From a virus (Duplodnaviria; Caudoviricetes), in the IMG/VR virus record IMGVR_UViG_3300017912_003008, positions 1 through 36,418 of that record: a stretch of 36,418 nt of DNA. One strand, given 5' to 3'. Below the pieces are notes generated by a model. The model did no database searches. It was not told where the DNA came from and saw only the letters and a list, made by a program, of their open reading frames with translations. Positions within the stretch are counted from its first letter, which is position 1. Every line of letters begins with the position of its first letter. Positions 17,405-29,568 of this stretch are shown piece by piece. The translations under genes were made by a program, and so were the position numbers.

Positions 17405-18019
17405 GTGCCTTTAAAAGACAAGCTTTCAGACATAGACTTAGTTAAAGAGGTTTTCAACAAGAAGGGCTACACTTTCTTTGAGACACCACAAAAAGACTAC
17501 AACCTTAACCTATTCGGTGTTCGGGTAGAAAACAATGTCAGCAACGACTTTGATGATTATATTTGTGCTATCTATCACTTAGGTGGCGAGTGGAGGACAC
17601 ACGTCTGGCACGCCACTACTGATCCAGGTAAGCACTGGCTAGAGAATCCAATCAACCCTAAGGGCACAGCGATTCTTATCCCAGGCCAGTATCGCTCTAC
17701 GTGGAAACTAGGAAAGCACCAGGGTAAGTACAAGGCACTCTGTCAGAGAAAACCAGTTAAAGTTTGGCGTGACAATAACAAAGATAATATCCTAGACTAC
17801 GAGTGTGAAGTTACAGATGAAGGATTCTTTGGGATTAACATTCACAGGAGCAACCCCAAGACACAATCCTACCTTGTAGAGAGGTGGTCAGCGGGCTGTC
17901 AGGTTTTCCAAAAGGTTGCGCAGTATTACGAATTCCTAGACCTGTGTGATGAGTCAGCAGCTAGGTACGGTAATTCATTTACTTACACATTGTTTGAAGA
18001 AAGTGATTTTGATAGTTAG
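17405..18019 (+). CDS. L,D-transpeptidase (YkuD)-like cell-wall enzyme, candidate lysin
   Basis: GINIH...WSAGCQV matches the H...SxGC catalytic pattern; TTDPG; GTG 17405 with GAGGAG RBS. Confidence 0.65.
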   Translation: MPLKDKLSDIDLVKEVFNKKGYTFFETPQKDYNLNLFGVRVENNVSNDFDDYICAIYHLGGEWRTHVWHATTDPGKHWLENPINPKGTAILIPGQYRSTWKLGKHQGKYKALCQRKPVKVWRDNNKDNILDYECEVTDEGFFGINIHRSNPKTQSYLVERWSAGCQVFQKVAQYYEFLDLCDESAARYGNSFTYTLFEESDFDS

Positions 18020-18022
18020 AAA

Positions 18023-18032
18023 ACTATTTATA
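18023..18032 (+). promoter_or_regulatory. Putative phage late-promoter motif ACTATTTATA
   Basis: Intergenic, upstream of the GAGGAG RBS of a leader-bearing gene. Confidence 0.55.
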
Positions 18033-18052
18033 TCAGCGAGGAGCGCCTAAAA

Positions 18053-18337
18053 ATGAATTCTTTTAAAATCTCTAAGGCAAGGTTGAAAGAAATTATCCTT
18101 GAAGAGCAGACGGCTCTTGAAGCAGAAACCTTGGAAGAAAAAGCAAAGTCAACTAAAAAGTACGATGATAACCCAAAGCTTAAGGGTGATCAGGATGAAC
18201 TTCCAGATAGTCTACAGAAAGCTATCATTGATAAAGAAGGCGGCGATGCTGACGAGGAAGACGAAGAAAAGAACGAGAGCGTGGATCTACAAGCCATGGT
18301 CCGTGAAGAGATTCTAAAAGCCATTAGAGGGGAGTAA
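18053..18337 (+). CDS. Acidic hypothetical protein with FKISKARLKEIILEE leader variant
   Basis: Leader similar to the array at 10.7-14 kb; a second similar helix LQAMVREEILK at the C-terminus. Confidence 0.8.
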   Translation: MNSFKISKARLKEIILEEQTALEAETLEEKAKSTKKYDDNPKLKGDQDELPDSLQKAIIDKEGGDADEEDEEKNESVDLQAMVREEILKAIRGE

Positions 18338-18341
18338 TCCC

Positions 18342-20381
18342 ATGGGCAGCATCAACCCGTATCAAACTCTAGTATCTAATCCAGATGTTGCTCTAGAGTT
18401 CAAATCAAAAGTAGAAGAGCTATCTCGTCGCCTCAAGGCGAATGGCTTTAATTATCAAAACGATTACAGTGTGATGAATGATCGTCAGCGTGACATCTTC
18501 ACCACTGGCTTGTTTGTTATACCCGAGCAGGCTGACAGCATAGAAGAGTATGTTGAGTTTGGGCACGACAACTGTGAGTGCCCCGATGTGATGGATGACT
18601 TGAATGAAACCTGCCCCATGCTTATGCAGGGCGTGAACACTATCAACGAGAGAGAGCAGGTACAAGAGTCTAACACAATAGAAACAACCCTAGACCTTCT
18701 GATAGAGCAATTGATCAACGAAGTTATGCTCCAAGAGGCTAGAGGAGTACAGCACCCAGATACTTTTGGACTTAGGGTATCTAATGCAGCGGGCACAACA
18801 GTAGAAACAGTTGGCAGAAGATTCGCTAAGATTGGTGATCCTGAAGCGGTCAAGACCCAAGAGCAATTAGCTTTAGCTGTCTACGCAAACATAGCTCAAG
18901 TAAATGGTATACCACTACCAAAAAATCTAAAGGCAGCTTTGGCTAACAAAAAACTTAATCAACTTATCTTATGGAGTGGAGCAAAGAGCGGCGCAGAACT
19001 AGATGTGAGCAATTTGCCCACAAGCATCAAGTCGGCACAAATCATTTTAGCTAAACAAGTAGACAAGAAAGATGCTCTGAGCAAGGAGACTTATGCTTTT
19101 GTCCGCTACAGTTCTGTAACAAGTATTGACGCCCAATGGCCGCAGAAAAACTTTGGGCAGCTTACAGGTTTCGGCTCCAAGACTACGCAGTCTGGCAAAG
19201 AGATACAAACAATTGGTCCACCCTTGCTCGGCGATGGCAGAGCCAACAAGATGGCACTCAGTTCAGTCCCAGGGTCACTTGATGCGGCTCTTCTGGAAAC
19301 ATTAGATGGTGCTTTTGCAAGAAGTCTCCCCGCTTACCTTAAGGCAGCAGTAGAAGGCAAAGCCTTACCTGTCTTACAATTTGAATCAGAGGAGAATAGA
19401 GATCAGTATCTACCTTCAGTTCGTAAATACCTCAGCGAGATAACAGGTCCAATATTTTTAGCCACAGGTAATAAAACATATCTGGGCAACGATGCTGTGT
19501 TAGACAGCGCCTTTGAGAACCTGCTTCAGCCACGGGGTATTGGTAGCTGGACTGAAAACGATGGAGTGTCATGGCCTACGTCTGCAAACGAAAAGCTAAA
19601 AGACAGCTATGTTCATTTCGGCGACAAGCAAGATATTATGGTCAGTTCAAAAGCTGGTAAGGGTGCTAACCCAAGCCTAAAAGAACTCTATGCCGAACTA
19701 AAAGATATAGGGGAAGAAGAGAAGCAACAGTTAATAAGATTGTATGGAGTGGGTAACCCTTCAGGTGTGAACCTATACAGTGGCAACGAGCAAGACCCAG
19801 GCATTGTGGAGATCTTATCAGATCCATCCTATGTTGCATGGCAACTACCAGCACGAATGATCGTTGAAATACCAGCGTCAGCTTATCAGAAGGCAGGCTT
19901 TCAGAAGCTTGCCCCCTTGACTGCGGACGAGTACAATGAACTTAACGAGATCCTGAAAGGTATGCGAGTAAAAGGTGGATTTGAAAGAGAGTTCCCACCG
20001 TTTAGAAATAAAAAACTAGCAGTTAAATGCAAAGCCTATAGAGATATGTTTAGCCCTGACACAAGTAAGTCTGCTTATAGTGAGGCATTCCATACCCTTG
20101 CTGGCATGGCAAAGGTTGCACAGGGAATTATTAATACTATAGAAGATGAAAATGGAGAAAAACTCTTTACAAACTTTGCCAAAGCCATGTATAATAGATT
20201 ACCTTTAGTACAGATCTATGCTAAGGGACCAGCCTACGTGGCAGATGGAAAGACAGGAATAAAGTCGGGACCAATGGATATTATTTACCCAGCCAGGTTT
20301 GATGGCGTAATCAATATTGATGGCGGTAAAAACTATTATGCTACAAAGATCAATGGCAGAATGACAATAGCAATTAAATAA
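18342..20381 (+). CDS. Large hypothetical protein, possible PD-(D/E)XK-like nuclease fold
   Basis: GAGGGGAG RBS; 679-aa ORF. Pattern YLSEITGP...WPTSANEKLKDSY...IMVSSK is suggestive only. Confidence 0.6.
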   Translation: MGSINPYQTLVSNPDVALEFKSKVEELSRRLKANGFNYQNDYSVMNDRQRDIFTTGLFVIPEQADSIEEYVEFGHDNCECPDVMDDLNETCPMLMQGVNTINEREQVQESNTIETTLDLLIEQLINEVMLQEARGVQHPDTFGLRVSNAAGTTVETVGRRFAKIGDPEAVKTQEQLALAVYANIAQVNGIPLPKNLKAALANKKLNQLILWSGAKSGAELDVSNLPTSIKSAQIILAKQVDKKDALSKETYAFVRYSSVTSIDAQWPQKNFGQLTGFGSKTTQSGKEIQTIGPPLLGDGRANKMALSSVPGSLDAALLETLDGAFARSLPAYLKAAVEGKALPVLQFESEENRDQYLPSVRKYLSEITGPIFLATGNKTYLGNDAVLDSAFENLLQPRGIGSWTENDGVSWPTSANEKLKDSYVHFGDKQDIMVSSKAGKGANPSLKELYAELKDIGEEEKQQLIRLYGVGNPSGVNLYSGNEQDPGIVEILSDPSYVAWQLPARMIVEIPASAYQKAGFQKLAPLTADEYNELNEILKGMRVKGGFEREFPPFRNKKLAVKCKAYRDMFSPDTSKSAYSEAFHTLAGMAKVAQGIINTIEDENGEKLFTNFAKAMYNRLPLVQIYAKGPAYVADGKTGIKSGPMDIIYPARFDGVINIDGGKNYYATKINGRMTIAIK

Positions 20382-20397
20382 CTGAAAGCGAGGCTTA

Positions 20398-23432
<3,035 letters not shown>

Positions 23433-23474
23433 ATGCTACCTTGAACACTAGTTACTATTGTAATCAAGTTATCT

Positions 23475-23520
23475 AATAGAGAGCCCAGTTTTAGTATAAT
23501 AGAACTGGGCTCTTTGTTTA
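23475..23520 (+). terminator. Long hairpin downstream of groEL, probable terminator
   Basis: AGAGCCCAGTTTTA (23480-23493) pairs with TAGAACTGGGCTCT (23500-23513), extendable with G-U pairs; T-rich tail. Confidence 0.6.
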
Positions 23521-23537
23521 TCAAGAGGCAAATCATA

Positions 23538-24005
23538 ATGGGTACAGAAGCAGAAATATATAAGTTACTGTTAGAAAAGCTTGAGAGAGTAGAGAGCAAA
23601 GTAGTCAACTCACCAGCTATGAACGGTGGCTTTGATAAGTTGCTCAATGAAGTAGAGCATATTAAGGATTCACAAGCTGAAGTCTTAGATGCCGTCAAAG
23701 GTGTTAAGAAGAGTTTGTATGAGCCAGACTCTGGACTCTATAGCCGTGTCAAGCAACTAGAGGTAGAAAGTGAAAGACGCTTGGAATATATCCAAGAATC
23801 AAAGCCAGCACTAGAATTCTCAAAAGAGCTAGTCGTCTGGAAGAAACAAGCTGACAAAGAACTAGAACAGTTTGAAGCAATGCAAATTGAGTTTGCTAAA
23901 TTACAAGACTGGAAAGCTAGTATGCAAAAAGTTATATGGCTTGTTGCCACTGCCGCAGGTGGTATGTGGGTCAAACACTTTATGGACTTGATGATGGGCG
24001 GATGA
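23538..24005 (+). CDS. Coiled-coil protein with C-terminal membrane anchor
   Basis: Heptad-rich body; C-terminal VIWLVATAAGGMWV; GAGG upstream of ATG 23538. Confidence 0.7.
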   Translation: MGTEAEIYKLLLEKLERVESKVVNSPAMNGGFDKLLNEVEHIKDSQAEVLDAVKGVKKSLYEPDSGLYSRVKQLEVESERRLEYIQESKPALEFSKELVVWKKQADKELEQFEAMQIEFAKLQDWKASMQKVIWLVATAAGGMWVKHFMDLMMGG

Positions 24006-24133
24006 TTACCTTACTAGTTGCTTTGGTGTGTCTGACACCAGCGTTATATTATCGTTGCTTGTGGAAGGTATCTGAGCAACAGAAAGAGAACCTAGCTAAG
24101 AATATGGAAACCATGGAGTGGTGGAGGGAATAA
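24002..24133 (+). CDS. Small membrane protein
   Basis: ATGA overlap; MITLLVALVCLTPALYY N-terminus; 43 aa. Confidence 0.55.
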   Translation: MITLLVALVCLTPALYYRCLWKVSEQQKENLAKNMETMEWWRE

Positions 24134-24134
24134 C

Positions 24135-24497
24135 ATGAAGAACTGGAAGCCAATATTTATAGAGAACAGTAAGGTACCTGTGTGGTTATCTTATCTGGCC
24201 CCAATCAATATTGGAGCGATCACCCTATTCTTCTTGGTGTTTAGCCGTGGAGAGATGGATGAGCAAACCAAGCGCCATGAAACAATTCACTTCCAGCAGA
24301 TGCTTGAGACTTTCTTAATTGGATTTATTATCCTGTACTATTGGGATTATTTAAAAGGCTACATTAAGTACAAGAAAGACGGCAAGCAAGCCTACTACAG
24401 CATCAGGGCAGAACAAGAGGCTTATCACAAAGATTCGCTTCCAAACTATCTAAATGAACGCAAAAGATGGCGTTGGATCTGGGACTACAAAGTCTAA
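24135..24497 (+). CDS. Small HExxH metallopeptidase-like protein
   Basis: RHETIHFQQ plus downstream AEQEAY. Confidence 0.7.
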   Translation: MKNWKPIFIENSKVPVWLSYLAPINIGAITLFFLVFSRGEMDEQTKRHETIHFQQMLETFLIGFIILYYWDYLKGYIKYKKDGKQAYYSIRAEQEAYHKDSLPNYLNERKRWRWIWDYKV

Positions 24498-24562
24498 TGA
24501 GTAAGTTAGAGGTGTTAATACTTGCTGCACTTTGTTTGATGGCAGGAATTATTTACTTATAA
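24497..24562 (+). CDS. 21-aa hydrophobic peptide MSKLEVLILAALCLMAGIIYL
   Basis: TAATG overlap with the previous gene; composition of a single transmembrane helix. Confidence 0.4.
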   Translation: MSKLEVLILAALCLMAGIIYL

Positions 24563-24568
24563 ATTTAC

Positions 24569-24596
24569 TTGACACCCTAGCATGGTATGGTAATAT
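24569..24596 (+). promoter_or_regulatory. Sigma70-like promoter
   Basis: TTGACA (24569-24574), 16 nt spacer, TGgTAATAT; AAGGGGAG RBS follows. Confidence 0.65.
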
Positions 24597-24617
24597 ACTA
24601 ATGTAAGGGAGAGAGAT

Positions 24618-25238
24618 ATGGGCTATTGGCATCAGATGTATCCTCGTAGTCGCCGTGCTGAGCGTGTTGAAGTAGAGAACGCTGCTGTGCGTTTTGAGTC
24701 GCTGCTCGCCAAGCCTTTGGCTGAGGGTGACCGTCGCTTTATTGAGTCGCTGCACAAACAGTGGCAGGACCAAGGCAAGCTCTCGCCTAAGCAGGTAGAG
24801 ATCCTTGGCAAGAAAGAAGAGTCTTACTCTGATGAGGCTATTGCTGCTCGTGACTCATGGCGCAACGAATACAAGGCTAAGCATCGTGAGGTCGCTGTTA
24901 TCTGTGCTCGCTACTATCGCAGCACACAGTACTTCCGTGACCTTGCGCACAGCATTCTTATTGACAAGGACTTTGTTCCGACGCAGCGTCAGTTTGAGGC
25001 CATGACGCAAAACAAGTTTGCCAAGAAGGCTATCATCGCTGCAACCGAGCCGCCTATCTTTCCTATCGGCTCTCTGGTTAAGATCCGTGCTAACGCTAAC
25101 TTGGTCTACGACCGTCGCCTTCACAACCAAATTGCTGTTGTTGTTGAGAATATTCCTGGTGGTCTGTATGCTAGCTCACGGGTTCTGGTCAACGGTGAAG
25201 AGATTAAAATGGAAGATCGCTGTCTCAAGAAGGCATAA
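24618..25238 (+). CDS. Hypothetical early protein with C-terminal KOW/SH3-like barrel
   Basis: Own promoter and RBS; FPIGSLVKI...IAVVVE...RVLVNGE pattern. Confidence 0.75.
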   Translation: MGYWHQMYPRSRRAERVEVENAAVRFESLLAKPLAEGDRRFIESLHKQWQDQGKLSPKQVEILGKKEESYSDEAIAARDSWRNEYKAKHREVAVICARYYRSTQYFRDLAHSILIDKDFVPTQRQFEAMTQNKFAKKAIIAATEPPIFPIGSLVKIRANANLVYDRRLHNQIAVVVENIPGGLYASSRVLVNGEEIKMEDRCLKKA

Positions 25239-25306
25239 AAATTATAAACTAATCTGATTTTGTGGTAGAAGGGGTGTAGTTATAATACAACGAGGTTACT
25301 AACAAT

Positions 25307-26086
25307 ATGACAGTTAACAATTATCTATTTGATATGGACGGGACTCTTACGCAGTCTCGTTCTCGTATCCGCCCTGGTATGCTAGATGCTTTGCGTGCTC
25401 TTTCTAATAGGGGCGCTAACAATCTGTATTTGATTACAGGCTCTGACGTTGCAAAGGTAGAAGAACAGATCCCGTATCATGCACTAGGGGATATCTTTAA
25501 GAGGGTGTTCTGTTCTAATGGTACTAGAGTCTATGACTATAGTCCAGACCCTGACAACGAGTTAGGTAGCCAAGAGCCTGAGCTTATTCATAGCGTCTCG
25601 CTGTTAGACTATTACAGTCAAGAGGACTTGAACCACGTTGCCAGTGTCCTTTGTAGAATTGTTGCTGATACGCACACTAAGTTTAAGACAGGTACTTTTA
25701 TTGAGTGGCGAGATAGCCAGATCAACTTCTCTATCGTTGGCAGGAACTGCACTCTTGACCAGCGAGAAGATTATGTAAAGTGGGATAAGAAGTCTGGCGA
25801 GAGAGTCAAGATTATTGAAAAGCTCCGAAAAGAGTTTGAAGGTTGGGGCTTAGGCTTCCGACTCGGAGGGCAGATCTCAATTGATATTACCAGAAGAGGC
25901 TGGGACAAATCGTATGCCCTAAAACACATCCCAGCAGATCCTAAAAATTGTGTATACTTTGGAGACAGAATAGATTACAATGGAAACGATAGCGATGTAG
26001 CTGCTATTTGCGGCAGGTATCATCAGGTCTCAGGACCATCAGAGACCGAAGAAATTATTAGAACAACTTACCTTACAGGAGAATGA
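25307..26086 (+). CDS. HAD-IIB eukaryotic-type phosphomannomutase-like enzyme
   Basis: FDMDGTLT, TGSD, FIEWRDSQINFSIVGR, GGQISID, GWDK, YFGD...GND. Confidence 0.85.
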   Translation: MTVNNYLFDMDGTLTQSRSRIRPGMLDALRALSNRGANNLYLITGSDVAKVEEQIPYHALGDIFKRVFCSNGTRVYDYSPDPDNELGSQEPELIHSVSLLDYYSQEDLNHVASVLCRIVADTHTKFKTGTFIEWRDSQINFSIVGRNCTLDQREDYVKWDKKSGERVKIIEKLRKEFEGWGLGFRLGGQISIDITRRGWDKSYALKHIPADPKNCVYFGDRIDYNGNDSDVAAICGRYHQVSGPSETEEIIRTTYLTGE

Positions 26087-26089
26087 ATT

Positions 26090-26512
26090 ATGAGAGCAAA
26101 TATTAATCTAAACATTGACGTAGACCGAGTACCAGATTTAGTCAGGGGTCTATTGGCATCTGAAGGGACTCGCTTGCTAAAAATTGTGCAAGCATTCAAT
26201 GAAAACATTATGAACCCACTTACTGAGGAAGACTTTGAGCTTGTTGTAGAGAATCTAGAAGATCTACAGGATATCCTCAACGATGTCAACTCAGTCCTTG
26301 CCCAGTCGCAAAACATCACGGCAGGATACATGAGCAAAGACGAGCCTGAGGAAGAGAGCAAGATCTCTAAAAGCGTCAAGCGTCGGGCAAAGCAAGCAGA
26401 GATGAAGAAGGGCTTTGATGCATTCTTAAATAAAGTAAACACACAGAACGTCTACAATGAGCCCAGTAAGGATCAAGACGATCAGGAGGCAGCAGGCGAG
26501 GAAGAGCTATGA
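26090..26512 (+). CDS. Hypothetical protein
   Basis: AGGAG RBS; operon packing. Confidence 0.7.
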   Translation: MRANINLNIDVDRVPDLVRGLLASEGTRLLKIVQAFNENIMNPLTEEDFELVVENLEDLQDILNDVNSVLAQSQNITAGYMSKDEPEEESKISKSVKRRAKQAEMKKGFDAFLNKVNTQNVYNEPSKDQDDQEAAGEEEL

Positions 26513-26721
26513 AGTTGTTCCAGCCTGGGGATTTAGTGCATCTGCCACAAAACACAAGCTTATATCAGTATCTAAGTGATGGTACCCCAACCAGTATGCT
26601 CAAATTGCAAGGTCCAAGACTAGCTGTGTTTTGGGGTGATGGATTAAAGGATAAGATGGCTGAGGTTCTTTACGATGGAGAAGTATGGAACACAGGCATA
26701 GAAAGCTGCTATACCCTGTGA
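26509..26721 (+). CDS. Small KOW/SH3-like protein
   Basis: FQPGDLVHL...AEVLYDGE; ATGA overlap. Confidence 0.6.
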   Translation: MKLFQPGDLVHLPQNTSLYQYLSDGTPTSMLKLQGPRLAVFWGDGLKDKMAEVLYDGEVWNTGIESCYTL

Positions 26722-27656
26722 GCGGCGGGCACAAGCCTAAGAATACTTGGCTGAATCTTTACGATCATTTCTCTAGCAATTTAAATATACCAATAGACTT
26801 TTGGTATGATGGCGATAGGCCTAGTGGCAGCTATAAGAACAGCTACTATGATCCTCTGTTCACACGTCGGTTCAATGTTGTTACAGAAGAAAAGAGGAGC
26901 CCTGATAAGGTTAGGCTGCTTGTGCTCAAGAGCCTGCTAGAAGTTGAGCCAGGATACAAAAGGCTGTGCCATCACCAAGGTCGCCCTGTGTGGGGATACA
27001 ACTTAAAATACGAAGGCGTCAGTGATAATGCTAGAGTTGTTTCATTCACACTGAAGGGAGAAGGCAAAAGATTCTATGTCCCTGAGCACCATGTGCTCTA
27101 CCTAGAGGATGGTAGGTTTATTTCTCCACAGTCTTATTTGTTTGCTACTTCGCCTAGGCTCCCTCTGGGGACATTCGGGTCACCGCTGCGTTCAGAGAAG
27201 TGCTTACAGAACATGTTCAACAACCAAGATGAGCATCAAACATACGACGACTTTCTAGTAGCGATTGAGAAAGATAATCCCATACTAGTTGGCTCACTTG
27301 TCACAGCAAGGATGGGAACGTTTTGTCCTGACTATAGATACCGAAGAACTTTGATAACTTACTTGATTGATCTCTATGTGGAGAAGACAAACAAAGACCA
27401 AAAGCTGAAGAGCTTCTTGCTAAAATACTATAACGACCAGTGGGTCAAGGAAGGCACTGTAGATGAGTACAAGGACTTTGTGACTTGGTGCCGTGAAGAT
27501 AAAGATGCGCTCTTTCCACTGGGGCTTGTGATAGCCGATGAAGACCGCAACTATAGCGAAGAGAAAATAAAACAAGGGATTAAAACATACACAGTCCGCT
27601 TTGGGCAAACTATTTATGAAGGGGTGGCACCCTATCAAATTGAGGTGGTAACATGA
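26718..27656 (+). CDS. Hypothetical protein
   Basis: Long ORF; likely GTG start at 26718 (GTGA overlap). Confidence 0.7.
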   Translation: MSGGHKPKNTWLNLYDHFSSNLNIPIDFWYDGDRPSGSYKNSYYDPLFTRRFNVVTEEKRSPDKVRLLVLKSLLEVEPGYKRLCHHQGRPVWGYNLKYEGVSDNARVVSFTLKGEGKRFYVPEHHVLYLEDGRFISPQSYLFATSPRLPLGTFGSPLRSEKCLQNMFNNQDEHQTYDDFLVAIEKDNPILVGSLVTARMGTFCPDYRYRRTLITYLIDLYVEKTNKDQKLKSFLLKYYNDQWVKEGTVDEYKDFVTWCREDKDALFPLGLVIADEDRNYSEEKIKQGIKTYTVRFGQTIYEGVAPYQIEVVT

Positions 27657-28468
27657 CTGATAAAACAAAAACAGAAAAGAGCCCAGAAGAAGAGCAGGAT
27701 AATAAAGCGCAAAGAAACGAATTGAGGGGATCTCCCTATCTCATCGCCACGGCGGTGAAGTTTCTCAAGTCACAAAAGGAAGCATTTGAGCGTGATTCAC
27801 ACCTAATGCCGCTTAAAAATCATAGCCAGCACGACGAAGATCCCGACTACTGGACTTTGCTTTTAGAGCAGCCCCTTCGGAATCCTCATCTCTTTATGAA
27901 TACAAAGGCGCTTGACTTTGGCTGCGGCTGCGGTAGAAACCTAAGAAACCTTCTATCGCTAGCGCCGTTCTCTCGTGTAGATGGTGTGGATATATCGCCG
28001 TCAAACGCACTGTATGCTCACAATTGGATGCAAAAAATTGCCCCTGGAAAAGCGAAAGCCTGGGAAACTGGGGGGTACAACTTAGGCCCAGACGTTGAAG
28101 ACGAAACTTATTCTTTCATAATGTCCCATGTTGTTTTTCAGCACATAGGTAATTACACTGTTCGGTGTTCTATTTTAAAAGACATGTATAGGGCTTTGGT
28201 TCCAAACGGTGTTGTTTCGCTACACTTTATGGACCTCAGAGACAATTCAGTTGGCTACTATACCAACTCACCGATCGGCAACTATAATTGTAGGGTTCCT
28301 GACCCCATGTTTATCTACAGAGATCTTGAGGAAGTTGGTTTTGAAAACATATCTATTAAAATGCGTTTAGACAAGTATTCAGGTCTGCCATCTTATTTTG
28401 TTCAAGCGAAAAAATCTTTAACTACTATCCCTAATGTAAAGATACCTGCGGCTGCTGAGGAGAAATAA
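27653..28468 (+). CDS. Class I SAM-dependent methyltransferase
   Basis: ALDFGCGCGR, VDGVDIS, VFQHI, RALVPNG; substrate unknown. Confidence 0.85.
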   Translation: MTDKTKTEKSPEEEQDNKAQRNELRGSPYLIATAVKFLKSQKEAFERDSHLMPLKNHSQHDEDPDYWTLLLEQPLRNPHLFMNTKALDFGCGCGRNLRNLLSLAPFSRVDGVDISPSNALYAHNWMQKIAPGKAKAWETGGYNLGPDVEDETYSFIMSHVVFQHIGNYTVRCSILKDMYRALVPNGVVSLHFMDLRDNSVGYYTNSPIGNYNCRVPDPMFIYRDLEEVGFENISIKMRLDKYSGLPSYFVQAKKSLTTIPNVKIPAAAEEK

Positions 28469-28471
28469 AAC

Positions 28472-28729
28472 ATGAATTATGAAATAGTATCAAGAGCTAG
28501 CTGTCCTTATTGTGTGGCAGCAATTAGATTATTAGAGGAGCGAGGCATGAGATATAATTTGATCTCGGTTGACGATCAGCCTAGGCTCCTAAATGAATAC
28601 AAGTCCAAACTAAACTGGGGTACTGTTCCCATGGTGTTTGAGATTGATAAAGGTCACAAGAAGTTTATTGGCGGCTATACAGATCTAAAAGAATATCTTG
28701 ATAAGGGTAAGACCCTCTTACGTGGCTAA
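28472..28729 (+). CDS. grx: Glutaredoxin
   Basis: CPYC, TVP, IGGYTDL. Confidence 0.92.
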   Translation: MNYEIVSRASCPYCVAAIRLLEERGMRYNLISVDDQPRLLNEYKSKLNWGTVPMVFEIDKGHKKFIGGYTDLKEYLDKGKTLLRG

Positions 28730-28732
28730 CCT

Positions 28733-29074
28733 ATGTCAAAAAAAGCTTATGGATTAAAAGTAACAACTGTCATATCCACAGTGGATTACCTTATAGAGGT
28801 CCGTGATCTGTGTGAGACATATGTTATGGCGTATGATTCCATTGAGCAGCTAGAGAACATAAGAGAGTTCCGCTTGATGTGTGCTATGATCACCAGCATC
28901 ACAGAGCAGATAGAATGGATCATGGACTTAGTAGACAGCACTCCGCCTGACAAAGATGATATCATTCCGTTGACTGATGACACGATGAAAGATCTTAAGT
29001 TCTTCAGCGAGCGCACCAATGAAATATTTGAAGAGCTAAAGTATGACTTCAATATTAGCTTTACAAAACACTAA
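28733..29074 (+). CDS. Hypothetical protein
   Basis: Operon packing; 113 aa. Confidence 0.65.
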   Translation: MSKKAYGLKVTTVISTVDYLIEVRDLCETYVMAYDSIEQLENIREFRLMCAMITSITEQIEWIMDLVDSTPPDKDDIIPLTDDTMKDLKFFSERTNEIFEELKYDFNISFTKH

Positions 29075-29188
29075 ATGAGAAATATAATAGTAAACACAGC
29101 ATATGGAATAGTAATGCTCGGCGTGATCACATTGTTCATGCTGAAGGAAACCATCCAGAAAGAAAGGCAGTCAAAGGATGACAACTGA
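29075..29188 (+). CDS. 37-aa membrane peptide (absent from the ORF track)
   Basis: ATG directly after the previous stop; MRNIIVNTAYGIVMLGVITLFMLKE... A sigma70-like TTTACA-17-TATAAT (29060-29088) overlaps its start, so the call is uncertain. Confidence 0.4.
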   Translation: MRNIIVNTAYGIVMLGVITLFMLKETIQKERQSKDDN

Positions 29189-29567
29189 TAACGAAGCAAA
29201 CATGAAGAACGCCAAAGACAGAAGCTGGTTTAAAGCTTTCTGCGACAGCAACAGGCTCAGGTATCGCCTATCAGAAGACGCACATCCAGTTGCTATTTCA
29301 GCAGGGCGCTGGAAGAACGACCAGTTCTATGACGGCTTTGGTAAAGGCGTGATTGGTATTTATGTTCAGCGTGACACCAAGACACAGTACACCTATCTGA
29401 AGAAGCGACTGGTTGAGAAGTTTGGTTGCGAGCTAACACAAGATGGGGACACCGAAGGTTGCTTTACTATTGATGCGTGGGCCGCTCTACCAGTAGCAAA
29501 GCATCTGAGGATCACGAAGCACAAACGAAGAGTCAGCAATCCAAGTTGGCTACACTCGGGTGATTAG
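29178..29567 (+). CDS. Hypothetical protein
   Basis: Clean ORF, GAAAGG upstream. Confidence 0.7.
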   Translation: MTTDNEANMKNAKDRSWFKAFCDSNRLRYRLSEDAHPVAISAGRWKNDQFYDGFGKGVIGIYVQRDTKTQYTYLKKRLVEKFGCELTQDGDTEGCFTIDAWAALPVAKHLRITKHKRRVSNPSWLHSGD

Positions 29568-29568
29568 T

